Virus record (IMG/VR): IMGVR_UViG_3300020042_006843
Coordinates: 1-47,553 of that record
From: a virus
Taxonomy: Duplodnaviria > Caudoviricetes
DNA: 47,553 nucleotides
Direction: 5' to 3' (one strand)
Numbering within the stretch: the stretch's first letter is position 1; each line of letters starts with the position of its first letter. A model generated the notes under the pieces. It did no database searches, was not told the origin of the DNA, and was given only the letters and a program-made list of their open reading frames with translations. Both the position numbers and the translations under genes were made by a program. Positions 19,318 through 28,596 of this stretch are shown here, piece by piece.

Positions 19318-20642
19318 ACTTGTACAATTGCGTACCTTCCGGTAGTCTTTTTATTTTTTAATTCGTAATACATTCGGAACATGATTGCATCACTTAAATC
19401 GGGTGATTTACCCAATACCTTCTTTTGTTCCTCTTTTGACATTACTGCAACCTTATTATCTTTATCAACATCCTTTAATTTGATACTTAAAAGTTCTTGA
19501 GTTAATTCGTCTATAACATGTGGGTCCATTAAGTTAAGGGAAATTTTCCCTTCTTTAAATAGTTCGGATAGTTTAACATAACACTGTGATTTTAAATTAG
19601 TAAAGTTCTCCTTGTGTAGTGGACTTGAGTTGTTGACAAAGTTGGTTCCCCTAATCTGATCTGCAACACCACCTCCTACACCATCAGAGTCTATAACCAC
19701 ATTGGTTGGATGTACTCCGTATTTCTGTATTAACTCCCGTATTTCAAACGATAAATCTGTGGTTGATAGTTTGGTGTACACAAGTAGTTCTAATACAACC
19801 AGTCCATCCCAAACTACTGCAACGGACCTATCCGAACCATACCTTGCTACGTCGACTGAAATATATCTTTTATCATTTGGTTCAGGTATAAACTTAAATA
19901 CCGAATTAGATATACTATCAAAGTCAAATAGGTTATCTGACTCGTCCATGTAATTCCAATCACCTTCCAATAATCTCTTACGTTGTTGTGGTGGTAGTTC
20001 CTTTAACATTTGTATGTATGTGTCGGGAAGAAAATGGTTGTCATATGGTAAAGCGGGAATGAACGCCTTATTCTCATCCAAAGTTTCTTGAACATATGGA
20101 ATGTAAAATAGTTTCTTTAACCATGTTTGACCAGGGTTTGATGTTAATAATATCTTTGGTATTAGATTGTACTCGTTTAATTTAAAACGGATACGAGACT
20201 TGAGGATATTGTATGCTAGTTGTGGTACTTGAGTAGCCTCATCAATGTAGACAGCGGAGACCTCAATACCACCAAGTGAATCATAGTTTTGATCCGATGG
20301 GTTATAGGCTAAGTCTTTTAAAATAATCTCTGAACCATTTTGGAATGTAATAACATTACTTTGTCCATTGTAGTTATAATGTTCACCGGCCTTTAATGAC
20401 ATTTTTTGAAGTGTTTCAAATAGTGTATTAAGTGTGGTCATCTTCAATTGTTGCAATACTGTTCTACCAATCAAACATCTGATACCTGAATATTTTAGAC
20501 ATAAGGTAGTAATCCATAGTGTACCTATGAATGATTTACCTCCACCCGCTGAACCTCCGAAACAAATCTCGTTAGTCTTGTTGTCCATCAGAAGCTTCCA
20601 ACATTGTGATTGCTTCTTGGTCAAGTTGATGTCTATACTCAT
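19314..20642 (-). CDS. terL: Terminase large subunit
   Basis: Walker A GGSAGGGKS, Walker B YIDEA, TSNP coupling motif, RLLEGDW, nuclease DVARYGSD and SPDLSDA. Confidence 0.95.
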   Translation of the reverse strand: MSIDINLTKKQSQCWKLLMDNKTNEICFGGSAGGGKSFIGTLWITTLCLKYSGIRCLIGRTVLQQLKMTTLNTLFETLQKMSLKAGEHYNYNGQSNVITFQNGSEIILKDLAYNPSDQNYDSLGGIEVSAVYIDEATQVPQLAYNILKSRIRFKLNEYNLIPKILLTSNPGQTWLKKLFYIPYVQETLDENKAFIPALPYDNHFLPDTYIQMLKELPPQQRKRLLEGDWNYMDESDNLFDFDSISNSVFKFIPEPNDKRYISVDVARYGSDRSVAVVWDGLVVLELLVYTKLSTTDLSFEIRELIQKYGVHPTNVVIDSDGVGGGVADQIRGTNFVNNSSPLHKENFTNLKSQCYVKLSELFKEGKISLNLMDPHVIDELTQELLSIKLKDVDKDNKVAVMSKEEQKKVLGKSPDLSDAIMFRMYYELKNKKTTGRYAIVQV

Positions 20643-20811
20643 TTAGTTCGTTAATATATTGTTCATAACCATTCTTTAGTTCTTCTCTCTTTGCTTCAAC
20701 CTGTTCAGGAGTCATTTGTTTTAACTCTTGAAGCATCTCTACTTGTGCAATGGTTAATTCCTTTTTAGTTTTTCTTTCTTGTGCTCTTCTATATCTTCTT
20801 TCTATTCCCAT
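20572..20811 (-). CDS. Hypothetical 79-aa helical protein
   Basis: Starts 3 nt after the upstream stop; the 3' end overlaps terL by 71 nt. Confidence 0.5.
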   Translation of the reverse strand: MGIERRYRRAQERKTKKELTIAQVEMLQELKQMTPEQVEAKREELKNGYEQYINELNEYRHQLDQEAITMLEASDGQQD

Positions 20812-20814
20812 GGT

Positions 20815-21534
20815 TTAATTTTTATACATGAAGTCTACCGCTAAGGTATCTTCAATTTCATTACTGTTGTGTTGATTATAAGTACTTGGATTTACTTTTA
20901 TGGTTGGTGTGTCAGCTCTACCTCTATCACATTTCCTTGCAAACTCTTCAGGTGTCTTGGACCAATAGTGATTTAGTTGTGCAATATTATCTGTTCCATA
21001 TGGATTAAATGGTCCTTTAAATTGTCTATGTTCTGAATCAACTAAATTTCCTGATGGATGATGTACATCCATTCCCCATCCTGTCTTTAATTGTAATATG
21101 GTTTTAACATGTTGGTCAATACCTATTTGTCTTTTGGTAAATCTTTTTAATTGTGAATATTCACCATCAACAACTTCTGTGTGCCCGTTATTACCAAAGA
21201 ATGCCCAATTGATTGCAATTGCACCATAGTTTATATAATTACTTAGGTAGTCTTTTACATTATCATGTTTCTTTAATACAAGGAACTCATCCACATCAAA
21301 GAAGGCTGCCCAATCATATTCGTTTCTATACATGGATAGGAAATCACTATACGCCTGTCTTTGTTGATTGAGTCCATCAATAACATGTTTGGTCATTTGT
21401 GGATGTTCGTAATCTGTTCTCCAATCATTCATGAAAACAAATACATGGTCAAATCCTAACTTGATATGATACTCAATCCACTCTTGTATATACGGGTCCT
21501 CATTCTTTGCAATACAAACTAATGCTACTTTCAT
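20815..21534 (-). CDS. Glycosyltransferase (GT-A fold, GT92/GT2_4-like)
   Basis: CIAKNEDPYIQEWIEYH..LGFDH, WAAFFDVDEFL (DxD), QLNHYW.K. Confidence 0.85.
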   Translation of the reverse strand: MKVALVCIAKNEDPYIQEWIEYHIKLGFDHVFVFMNDWRTDYEHPQMTKHVIDGLNQQRQAYSDFLSMYRNEYDWAAFFDVDEFLVLKKHDNVKDYLSNYINYGAIAINWAFFGNNGHTEVVDGEYSQLKRFTKRQIGIDQHVKTILQLKTGWGMDVHHPSGNLVDSEHRQFKGPFNPYGTDNIAQLNHYWSKTPEEFARKCDRGRADTPTIKVNPSTYNQHNSNEIEDTLAVDFMYKN

Positions 21535-23054
21535 TTTAATTCATTTTCTATTCTTGCTTTCGCTATGTTTAGATATTCTTCTTCTTTTTCAATTCCTATA
21601 AAATCGTATCCACCTCTTACTGCAGCCTTACCCGTTGAACCTGATCCCATGAACGGTTCAAGTACGGTCCCACCTTTTGGTGTTACTAACTTGATTAAGT
21701 ATAACATTAAGTCTGTTGGTTTAACTGTTGGGTGATAGTTCTTTTTTGGTATATCAATCCAATTAGGATTTTCACATACACAATCTTTTTGATTAACCAT
21801 TTTAGTTCCACACTCACTACACATTCTATCTAATCCTCTACCATTCTTTCCACTTGTATATTCTTCAAAATTATCCATCCCTTCATCCCTGTCTTTCTTG
21901 GACGCCTTGGGACAATAGAAGAAACGACTTGCACCACCTTTATCGTTAAAACCACCACCTAATGTTCCTTTCATAGAATTATTATTCCAACCATAATTTG
22001 GATTAAATGGTGAATTTTTATCATCAGGTTTCCTAACTGATGATTTACTAATCCCCGATTGTTGGTCTAACATATAACAAGGACAATTTGGGTCTGTGTG
22101 TATTACACCCGTATCACCATAATCTTCTATTCGTTGTGATGTTTTTGTACCACCACTAAAGATTTGATTTTCTTCGTGGAAGAACGCACGTCTATCTTTA
22201 CCAACCTTTACTTCTTTTTGTTGTGATGGAATTGTTTTATCACAGGTACATTCAAATATAATATTTGCTGGCCATCTACCTTCGTTAATTTTATACTCAC
22301 CATTATATTCTATTTCATAATCACCATTAAAAGTATTTTTTCCGTGTTGAGGTGATTTAATTTGTTCAGTACCAATCCTACTCACATCTATATTAATTCC
22401 ACCCGTTCCCCATCGTAATACATTCTCTACCACAGTCTTTTCACTTAATGGTTTGCGTGCCATAACTATTGGTTCGTGTGCTGGTTTTAGTGCGGTTCCC
22501 CATCCTTCCCATTCATTTTGTGCTTCATATTTATATCCATAATCTGACCTTTTAGATAAATCCCTTTTACCATTAGGATTATTAAATAATGTTTCGGTTG
22601 TTTTTTCAATTTCAATCCCTTGAAGTTTATCCACCGCCTTACCGATGTTATGACTTTTGGGGAACCCACTACCATACACCCACATTATTTGGTCTCGTAT
22701 CTCAAATCCTGCGTCCTCTATACCCATACATATTTTATGATATGTTCTTGACCCTGCAAATGAAAGTAAATGACCACCAGGTTTTAATACCCTAAAACAT
22801 TCTGTTGCCCAATCATTAACAAATTGATATAACCCATCTGTTTTATATCTTGGTAATGTATCAAAATTCTTTTTTACTTTTAAATCATTTTCACCTTCTT
22901 GATTTTTAATACCGAATTGACTTTTATCAAATGTGTCCCATTCCTTATTCATAAATCCTAATCCATAAGGTGGGTCAGTCACCACACTATCAACTGAATT
23001 ATCAGGTAACATCTTTATCTTCTCAATACAATCTCCTAATAGTAATGTAGTCAT
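21531..23054 (-). CDS. DNA methyltransferase N-4/N-6 (beta class) with Cys-rich insertions
   Basis: GDC, VTDPPY, HPTVKP, PFMGSGSTG motifs. Confidence 0.92.
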   Translation of the reverse strand: MTTLLLGDCIEKIKMLPDNSVDSVVTDPPYGLGFMNKEWDTFDKSQFGIKNQEGENDLKVKKNFDTLPRYKTDGLYQFVNDWATECFRVLKPGGHLLSFAGSRTYHKICMGIEDAGFEIRDQIMWVYGSGFPKSHNIGKAVDKLQGIEIEKTTETLFNNPNGKRDLSKRSDYGYKYEAQNEWEGWGTALKPAHEPIVMARKPLSEKTVVENVLRWGTGGINIDVSRIGTEQIKSPQHGKNTFNGDYEIEYNGEYKINEGRWPANIIFECTCDKTIPSQQKEVKVGKDRRAFFHEENQIFSGGTKTSQRIEDYGDTGVIHTDPNCPCYMLDQQSGISKSSVRKPDDKNSPFNPNYGWNNNSMKGTLGGGFNDKGGASRFFYCPKASKKDRDEGMDNFEEYTSGKNGRGLDRMCSECGTKMVNQKDCVCENPNWIDIPKKNYHPTVKPTDLMLYLIKLVTPKGGTVLEPFMGSGSTGKAAVRGGYDFIGIEKEEEYLNIAKARIENELK

Positions 23055-23055
23055 A

Positions 23056-23601
23056 TTATAATTGTTTTATCCAACTTGTATCCTTAAACACTTTATCAGG
23101 TTGTCCGAACACTTGGTCCACCGCCTTCTGTACACCTTTCCATGGTCCACCGTAATCATGACCACCAATTACTCCACCTTCTTTAACTAATGGTAGGTAA
23201 TTCATTATATCTTCCAATACGTTTTCATATTGATGGATACCATCGATGTAGATGAAGTCAAACTTCTCACCATGTAATATACTGAGTGCATCATTACTTG
23301 TTAGTTTGTAGGTTGTAACCTTTTCCTTCTTTGGTTCAACTCTTCTTGTATATTCCTCAAACACTTCATCAAAGTTAAATTTAGATGTTGTGTCTTCAGG
23401 GTCATAGTCTGATTGGAATGGGTCAATTGCTGAAACATGTTTAAAGTGTCCTGCAAAGATTATTGTTGACTCACCGATAAATGAACCGATTTCAATCATA
23501 ATCTTATCGGATACATCTCCTAATTCTTTAATCATGTCAAGTAATCCCTCACTTGAATGTTGGTCCCTCATAATGGACTGGTCTTTGTTAATTGTGTACA
23601 T
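23056..23601 (-). CDS. Class I SAM-dependent methyltransferase (Methyltransf_24-like)
   Basis: IEIGSFIGES, FDFIYIDGIHQYE, GGVIGGHDY. Confidence 0.88.
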   Translation of the reverse strand: MYTINKDQSIMRDQHSSEGLLDMIKELGDVSDKIMIEIGSFIGESTIIFAGHFKHVSAIDPFQSDYDPEDTTSKFNFDEVFEEYTRRVEPKKEKVTTYKLTSNDALSILHGEKFDFIYIDGIHQYENVLEDIMNYLPLVKEGGVIGGHDYGGPWKGVQKAVDQVFGQPDKVFKDTSWIKQL

Positions 23602-24169
23602 ATAATATTCTGTTTACTTTTTTGTATTTTGCAACCTTAAACTTCTGTTGAAACTCTTGTACGAAAAACCAATCCGCCCATTCTTGGTTGGTCTTTAATT
23701 TAATTCTCTTAGCCATATTAGTCTTGGTCATGAAACTTCCAATATCTATTTTACCTAATTCAAGTTTTGATACTAATGTAATATATTCTTTCTTAACCCA
23801 ATTGTGGACCATATCACAATAAACAAAATGTTGGTTGGTACTTTCTGATAACATAATATCCACAAACTCAGGGACATAGTAGTTGTCTTCCCCTGTCATG
23901 ATAACCCATTCCTCTGTTGCATTATCCAATCCGTATTGTCTTGGTGTGTGTCCCCAATCATTCTTGCGTTCAGGTAAGATGGTTAGTTTAATTCTATCAT
24001 CGTTGAAGAATTGTACAATGTTTCTTATTGCATCCTGTATCTCATCAGGTGGACAATCTGCCACGACATGACATGTCCAATTGGGATTTGATTGGGCCAT
24101 CAGTGAACCAATCATTGTTATTAGGTGATTAACTCTTGAGTAAGTCGGTATAATAAATTCTATTCTCAT
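23588..24169 (-). CDS. Glycosyltransferase family 2
   Basis: IIPTYSR...S..AQ...NW..VVAD, WGHTPRQYG, GEDNYY, ADW.F. Confidence 0.85.
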   Translation of the reverse strand: MRIEFIIPTYSRVNHLITMIGSLMAQSNPNWTCHVVADCPPDEIQDAIRNIVQFFNDDRIKLTILPERKNDWGHTPRQYGLDNATEEWVIMTGEDNYYVPEFVDIMLSESTNQHFVYCDMVHNWVKKEYITLVSKLELGKIDIGSFMTKTNMAKRIKLKTNQEWADWFFVQEFQQKFKVAKYKKVNRILYVHN

Positions 24170-24220
24170 ATATATGGGTACCCAAAAACGAAATTTTAGG
24201 GGTGGCTTAGTTAAATTTTT

Positions 24221-24610
24221 TTATTCCAAATTTATGTTGATACTAATTGGTTGACCATTGGATGTGATGTCCACCTTCTTTGTTTCCAATTGGTATATCT
24301 TTGCAATATCATTTAGTACCTCTCTCTCGGTACGTTTGTTATTATCGTCTCTGCATCGTTTTAATAGGTCAAATAACTGGTTTAAATGATTTTCCAATAT
24401 CTCCTCACTATTATTAGTGAAACGTTCTTTAAGACGTACTCTAGCCTCTTTCCACAAATTCTCAGCTTGTCTCTCAGATATATTAAATTCCTTTGCTGCT
24501 TTGGTTGCAAACTCTCTGTAAGACAAATGGTCATATAACATCATCTCATAGACTCTGTTCATCCTACTTTCAAATTCCAACTCATCAGTCTTTCTTCCTG
24601 CTTTAGCCAT
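24221..24610 (-). CDS. Terminase small subunit (putative)
   Basis: N-terminal HTH-like region, C-terminal KKVDITSNGQPISINI typical of TerS, upstream of terL. Confidence 0.65.
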   Translation of the reverse strand: MAKAGRKTDELEFESRMNRVYEMMLYDHLSYREFATKAAKEFNISERQAENLWKEARVRLKERFTNNSEEILENHLNQLFDLLKRCRDDNNKRTEREVLNDIAKIYQLETKKVDITSNGQPISININLE

Positions 24611-24903
24611 TAATCTACTTGTTGTTTTAAAATCTCGGTTATGAAGTATTTCAACTTCCTATACTGTGTTGCTCCACATGAACCACAACCTGTTAATAAA
24701 TCTTCTTGAAATAACTTTTTATATATGGGATTGATTCTATTATACTCCTCAGGATTTACACCTTTCATGTTTGACATGGTTGTATATAAATCCATAATCT
24801 CATTATATGTTGGAGGTATTTCAAATTCTAAATCTACTACAGGTATTGGTTCTGTTATCTCCTTCTTCTTCTTACATTGTGTACATCTCTTTTTCTTTTC
24901 CAT
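24610..24903 (-). CDS. Small Cys-pair (Zn-binding) protein
   Basis: CTQC and CGSC motifs; 1-nt overlap with the terS start. Confidence 0.65.
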   Translation of the reverse strand: MEKKKRCTQCKKKKEITEPIPVVDLEFEIPPTYNEIMDLYTTMSNMKGVNPEEYNRINPIYKKLFQEDLLTGCGSCGATQYRKLKYFITEILKQQVD

Positions 24904-24906
24904 AAA

Positions 24907-24987
24907 CTAGTTTTTTGAATTATTATCCATATCTTGTTGGATTTGTTCAGGTACTGGAGTTGGGGTTACTGCTGGTTTTTCTTCCAT
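24907..24987 (-). CDS. Possible 26-aa peptide MEEKPAVTPTPVPEQIQQDMDNNSKN
   Basis: Below ORF-track cutoff; exactly fills the gap between the sigma-like gene and the Cys protein. Confidence 0.35.
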   Translation of the reverse strand: MEEKPAVTPTPVPEQIQQDMDNNSKN

Positions 24988-24988
24988 G

Positions 24989-25510
24989 TTATAAGTTTAG
25001 TTTTTTAATTACATTTTTTTTTATTTCTTCCCTACTTTCTTTTATATATCTCTTAATTGAACTTAATGGTATATTCGTTTGTGTTGATAGATTATTCATA
25101 CTTCCAATCACCATATACATTTCAAATAAACTCTTCCTAAAAATATCTAGTTCTGCCCAACTCTGTTCTAATATATCGAAAATTATTTGTTTTTCAAAGG
25201 ATTCTTGTTCTGATTCTATTTCTAATATCTCGGTCAATTCAACATACTTCTTTGATTCCCTTGTTACCTTATAACTGAATGAGGATGTCTTTGAGTACCA
25301 CCCAATTCTCATAGATGCAACAATATAATACTTTATCTCATCATCCGAATTTGTCTTTAGTTTTATCTCCTTACGTTCCAATAATTCCAAAATGGTATGT
25401 TGCAACAAATCTTTATATAAATCCCCACCTTGACCTTTTGTGATTATTTTTGCAATCTTTAAAAGTTCATAATAGTTTTTAGTTATATATTTTTCAATAT
25501 GTTTCTGCAT
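24989..25510 (-). CDS. Sigma-70/ECF-like RNA polymerase sigma factor
   Basis: Region-2-like YYELLKIA...KDLLQHTILELLE; C-terminal HTH SMNNLSTQTNIPLSSIKRYIKESR. Confidence 0.7.
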   Translation of the reverse strand: MQKHIEKYITKNYYELLKIAKIITKGQGGDLYKDLLQHTILELLERKEIKLKTNSDDEIKYYIVASMRIGWYSKTSSFSYKVTRESKKYVELTEILEIESEQESFEKQIIFDILEQSWAELDIFRKSLFEMYMVIGSMNNLSTQTNIPLSSIKRYIKESREEIKKNVIKKLNL

Positions 25511-25766
25511 TAATAATTTTCTTAATATTATTTAGAACCTCAACAATTTCATATTGTTCTTCTGTCATGTTGGTTTCAATTGATGATTCTAATAGTTTAT
25601 TTAAATAAAAGACTCTATCATAATCACCTTCCATCTGTCTATCCAATATGGTCAACATAACATCCATGATTGATAATGTTAATACCTCCTTCTCATCTTC
25701 ATTTAATGACCAATAGTCCTTTGGTATTTGTAGTTCAGCTATCTTAACATGTTTACTTTTCTTCAT
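25494..25766 (-). CDS. Hypothetical 90-aa protein (UVR-like C-terminal motif)
   Basis: EEQYEIVEVLNNIKK; overlaps both neighbours. Confidence 0.55.
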   Translation of the reverse strand: MKKSKHVKIAELQIPKDYWSLNEDEKEVLTLSIMDVMLTILDRQMEGDYDRVFYLNKLLESSIETNMTEEQYEIVEVLNNIKKIINAETY

Positions 25767-26475
25767 ATTGTTTAATAATTTTACATATACTTGAATCTGA
25801 TATACCTGTTATTCTTGATATTTTTCCCATTGAATATCCTTTATTTCTACATTCAATTATCTTTTCCTTTTGTGGTTGACTTATCTTTCCTGTGTTTCCG
25901 TTTCTTTTCTTTGAATATTTTAAGAAATGGAAATAAGGTTTACCATCCTGAATTGATTTAACTCCCTCTTTTGTCCAAATACCAAACTCATCATTATATA
26001 TATATCCGAACAGTGTCATTAATTCAAATGTATTTTTCTTTTGATATTCATCAAAATAAGTATTGGGTTTAGCTCCTACCATTTTTGATCCTCCGTTTTC
26101 TTCTTTGACTTGTTCATAATATAACCTGTCAATCTTTTTTTCACAATCTTTACATGTGTTGAAGGTTTTTCCTTTCTGCTTATCAAAGAAGTGGAATGAG
26201 TCACGAGTTTTATATTCCTTACATTCTTTGCAACATTTGTAGTCAGGATTGTTTAAGTAATCTATTGGTGGAGGTATAAATTCAATTGTAGGGGTCATAT
26301 CTTCCACTGGTTGGATTATCTTTTTATTTCTGATACTTTCCCTGTACAATCTTTTTTGTTCCTTAATACAGGTTGCACAGACTTTTCTTGTTCGTAACTC
26401 ATTTTGTGTTGAATGGAAATAAGTATAGTAATCGGTTTTTGGTTTATCGATTGAACATTTGGAACATCTAATCAT
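25753..26475 (-). CDS. Double Zn-finger plus C-terminal HTH DNA-binding protein
   Basis: CSKC..K...VCATC and CKEC..K...TCKDC; GYSMGKISRITGISDSSICKII. Confidence 0.7.
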   Translation of the reverse strand: MIRCSKCSIDKPKTDYYTYFHSTQNELRTRKVCATCIKEQKRLYRESIRNKKIIQPVEDMTPTIEFIPPPIDYLNNPDYKCCKECKEYKTRDSFHFFDKQKGKTFNTCKDCEKKIDRLYYEQVKEENGGSKMVGAKPNTYFDEYQKKNTFELMTLFGYIYNDEFGIWTKEGVKSIQDGKPYFHFLKYSKKRNGNTGKISQPQKEKIIECRNKGYSMGKISRITGISDSSICKIIKQYEEK

Positions 26476-26556
26476 AAATAGTTGGATAAAATTAAAAAAC
26501 CTGATACTCCATACAGACTACCAGGTTTCGGTTGTAACGTCACTTTAAAAATATAA

Positions 26557-27105
26557 CTAAAGAATCTTATTTTTTGAATATTTCACATCAATATTATTCT
26601 CTTTCAATAGTTCTACGGTCAGTTTGTTATATAATCCCCAAAATCTATTGAGCGGAGTTTTCTTTCTTTTATTGGATAGATAGAGTTTAATTCCTTCTTG
26701 CAACAATTCAGGATTGTTTCTTATTTCATTTTGTCTAATCCGATAAACTGCGTTCTTTGGATTCCTATCTATTCTATTATCAATTAAGGAAATCCATTCC
26801 AAATTGGATACATGGTTATTTGTTATATCCCAATTCTTATGATTAACTTCAGGAAGATTATCAGGATTGGGTATGAAATGTTCTGCAACCAGTCTGTGCA
26901 CATAATATAGTTTTGGTTTCACACCATCAATTTTATTTTGCAACGTTACTTGATGGTAACCATTTTTTTCATTGGGCCAGTGCTTTCTTACCTTTGGTTT
27001 ATCAAGTACCTTGCGGTATCTTGGTGTTAATGTTGAATAGACTGTTCCATTCTCGTCAATCAAGTAGTGATTGAAGTGCTCATGTTTAATTGGTATTATT
27101 TTCAT
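26557..27105 (-). CDS. HNH homing endonuclease (NUMOD4/HNH_3-like)
   Basis: VHRLVAEHFIPNPDNLPEVNHKN..I.NN.VSNLEW. Confidence 0.9.
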   Translation of the reverse strand: MKIIPIKHEHFNHYLIDENGTVYSTLTPRYRKVLDKPKVRKHWPNEKNGYHQVTLQNKIDGVKPKLYYVHRLVAEHFIPNPDNLPEVNHKNWDITNNHVSNLEWISLIDNRIDRNPKNAVYRIRQNEIRNNPELLQEGIKLYLSNKRKKTPLNRFWGLYNKLTVELLKENNIDVKYSKNKIL

Positions 27106-27326
27106 AATTCGTCTAGTGTATAGAAGTTTTTGGTATTTGGTTTTATATCAATTGAATAAAAACGAAGAATGTGAATATCAACATCCCCCTTTTCATTATC
27201 CGGTATCTGCATCAAAGACTTGATATATTCATTCTTCTCATCCCTTTTAAGAGAATGAAATTCTAATAACGATAGTGAACCTACTCGCCACTTTGGTAGA
27301 AATTGTTTTAGTTCTGTCTTTGTCAT
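27102..27326 (-). CDS. Hypothetical 74-aa protein
   Basis: Operon-coupled ORF. Confidence 0.55.
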   Translation of the reverse strand: MTKTELKQFLPKWRVGSLSLLEFHSLKRDEKNEYIKSLMQIPDNEKGDVDIHILRFYSIDIKPNTKNFYTLDEL

Positions 27327-27330
27327 AATG

Positions 27331-28011
27331 TTAAATTATTATTTTTTTATATTCTAATATCTTTTGATAATACTCATCAAATAATCTTTTTTCATTTCTT
27401 TGTAATAAATCCAAATTATCTACTTGAATATGTTTTATTACATTTGGTATGTTCTTGAATATGATTTTAAATTCATCTTCTAATTTAACTTTACGTTTGA
27501 GTTTATCTATTACCGTTTCCTCATCTTCATTTTTATTATTAAATGTATCTTCAACCTTGTATTTTTCTTGTTCTTTATCTTTAGGGGTATCGATAGGGGA
27601 TACATCTCCTATTGATCGGGGATTGATAGGAGATAGATAGGGGATAGATAAAGTATATTTACCATCAACTAATTGAAGGATGTTAATCTCTTCTAACTTT
27701 TTAATTGCTGATTGCACCGCCTTATTACTGGTTTTACTTAAAAAATCTGTACCATACTGGTATATACAAAATTTATTAATTAACCAACTTTCTTTATTAA
27801 TTTGTGTAATTCTATCTTTAAAAATAAAAATAAAATTCTCAACAGATATGTTCGTAGAACAATTGAAATTAATTAATTTCATATTTAATTTGAATATACC
27901 TGCATTGTCGCAATTGTCTAAAAGGTAAATCCAAATTATTTTCTGGTCATTAGTTAGTTCTGTGAACCAAACATCTTTCCATTTCTCGCTGTCGCTAAAT
28001 CTTTTTGCCAT
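27331..28011 (-). CDS. Replication initiator-like protein
   Basis: MAKRF.D..KW.D.WF..L....K..W.YLLD.CD.AG N-terminus, internal iteron array, KDKEQEK linker (lambda O-like layout). Confidence 0.65.
   Translation of the reverse strand: MAKRFSDSEKWKDVWFTELTNDQKIIWIYLLDNCDNAGIFKLNMKLINFNCSTNISVENFIFIFKDRITQINKESWLINKFCIYQYGTDFLSKTSNKAVQSAIKKLEEINILQLVDGKYTLSIPYLSPINPRSIGDVSPIDTPKDKEQEKYKVEDTFNNKNEDEETVIDKLKRKVKLEDEFKIIFKNIPNVIKHIQVDNLDLLQRNEKRLFDEYYQKILEYKKIII
27581..27657. repeat. 11-bp-period iteron-like array (putative origin)
   Basis: ttaggggtatc|gataggggata|catctcctatt (inverted)|gatcggggatt|gataggagata|gataggggata|gataaagtata. Confidence 0.65.
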
Positions 28012-28026
28012 ATGTTTTCTTTTTTA

Positions 28027-28057
28027 CAAATTTATAATAAATATCTGTAAAAACAAA
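28027..28057 (-). promoter_or_regulatory. Bacteroidota-type promoter for the initiator operon
   Basis: TTTG (28054-28057), 19-nt spacer, TAAATTTG (28027-28034); matches the -33 TTTG / -7 TAnnTTTG consensus. Confidence 0.6.
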
Positions 28058-28094
28058 AAGTTTCAAATAATTTTTTTAATTCAATTTTTTTTAG

Positions 28095-28102
28095 TAGATT
28101 TG
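28095..28102 (+). promoter_or_regulatory. Bacteroidota -7 element for the divergent plus-strand pair
   Basis: TAGATTTG 25 nt upstream of ATG 28128; no clear -33 TTTG. Confidence 0.45.
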
Positions 28103-28127
28103 TAAAGAACATTAAAAATCACAAAAC

Positions 28128-28595
28128 ATGTCAAAATTAACTTACTTCCACAATTCCCTGAATGAGGAATTAACTGAAGAACTTAGAGGCCGAATGGAAA
28201 AGGCCGAGAGTGACACGATGCAAGTCTATGAACTTTGCAAATCATTTGACATCATGTCAAGGAGAAAGGGTTATTACCTTTACAAAGAAGTTTATGGTAA
28301 AGAACTCCAAGTAGAGGAAATCGGTAGATCATTAACCAACCTATGTCTGATGGGTCTTCTGATTGACACAGGTACCACAGAAATGGGTGATATGGGTGCA
28401 AGGAATAAAGTATATCAATACAACCCTAACCCTCCTGCAAACCCCATTAAAATACCAATTAAGATATGTGTACCGCTTCAATTCAAAGAAACCGAAACAG
28501 GAATTGAATTGGACATGGAATCCATGTCTCAGGTCTTTATTGAAAAAATGGGACATTACGATAATATCATACTTAACAAATACAAAAACAAATAA
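28128..28595 (+). CDS. Putative winged-helix DNA-binding protein
   Basis: IGRSLTNL...GLL.DTG....G..G....VY wing motif; divergent from the initiator gene. Confidence 0.55.
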   Translation: MSKLTYFHNSLNEELTEELRGRMEKAESDTMQVYELCKSFDIMSRRKGYYLYKEVYGKELQVEEIGRSLTNLCLMGLLIDTGTTEMGDMGARNKVYQYNPNPPANPIKIPIKICVPLQFKETETGIELDMESMSQVFIEKMGHYDNIILNKYKNK

Positions 28596-28596
28596 C

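Noticed and set aside
27581-27657. CRISPR array
   Set aside because: Units are 11 bp with no spacers and lie inside a coding region; no cas genes.
28363-28596. N-terminal extension of the 156-aa plus-strand ORF
   Set aside because: It overlaps 28128-28595 out of frame; ATG 28597 right after the upstream stop is the better start.
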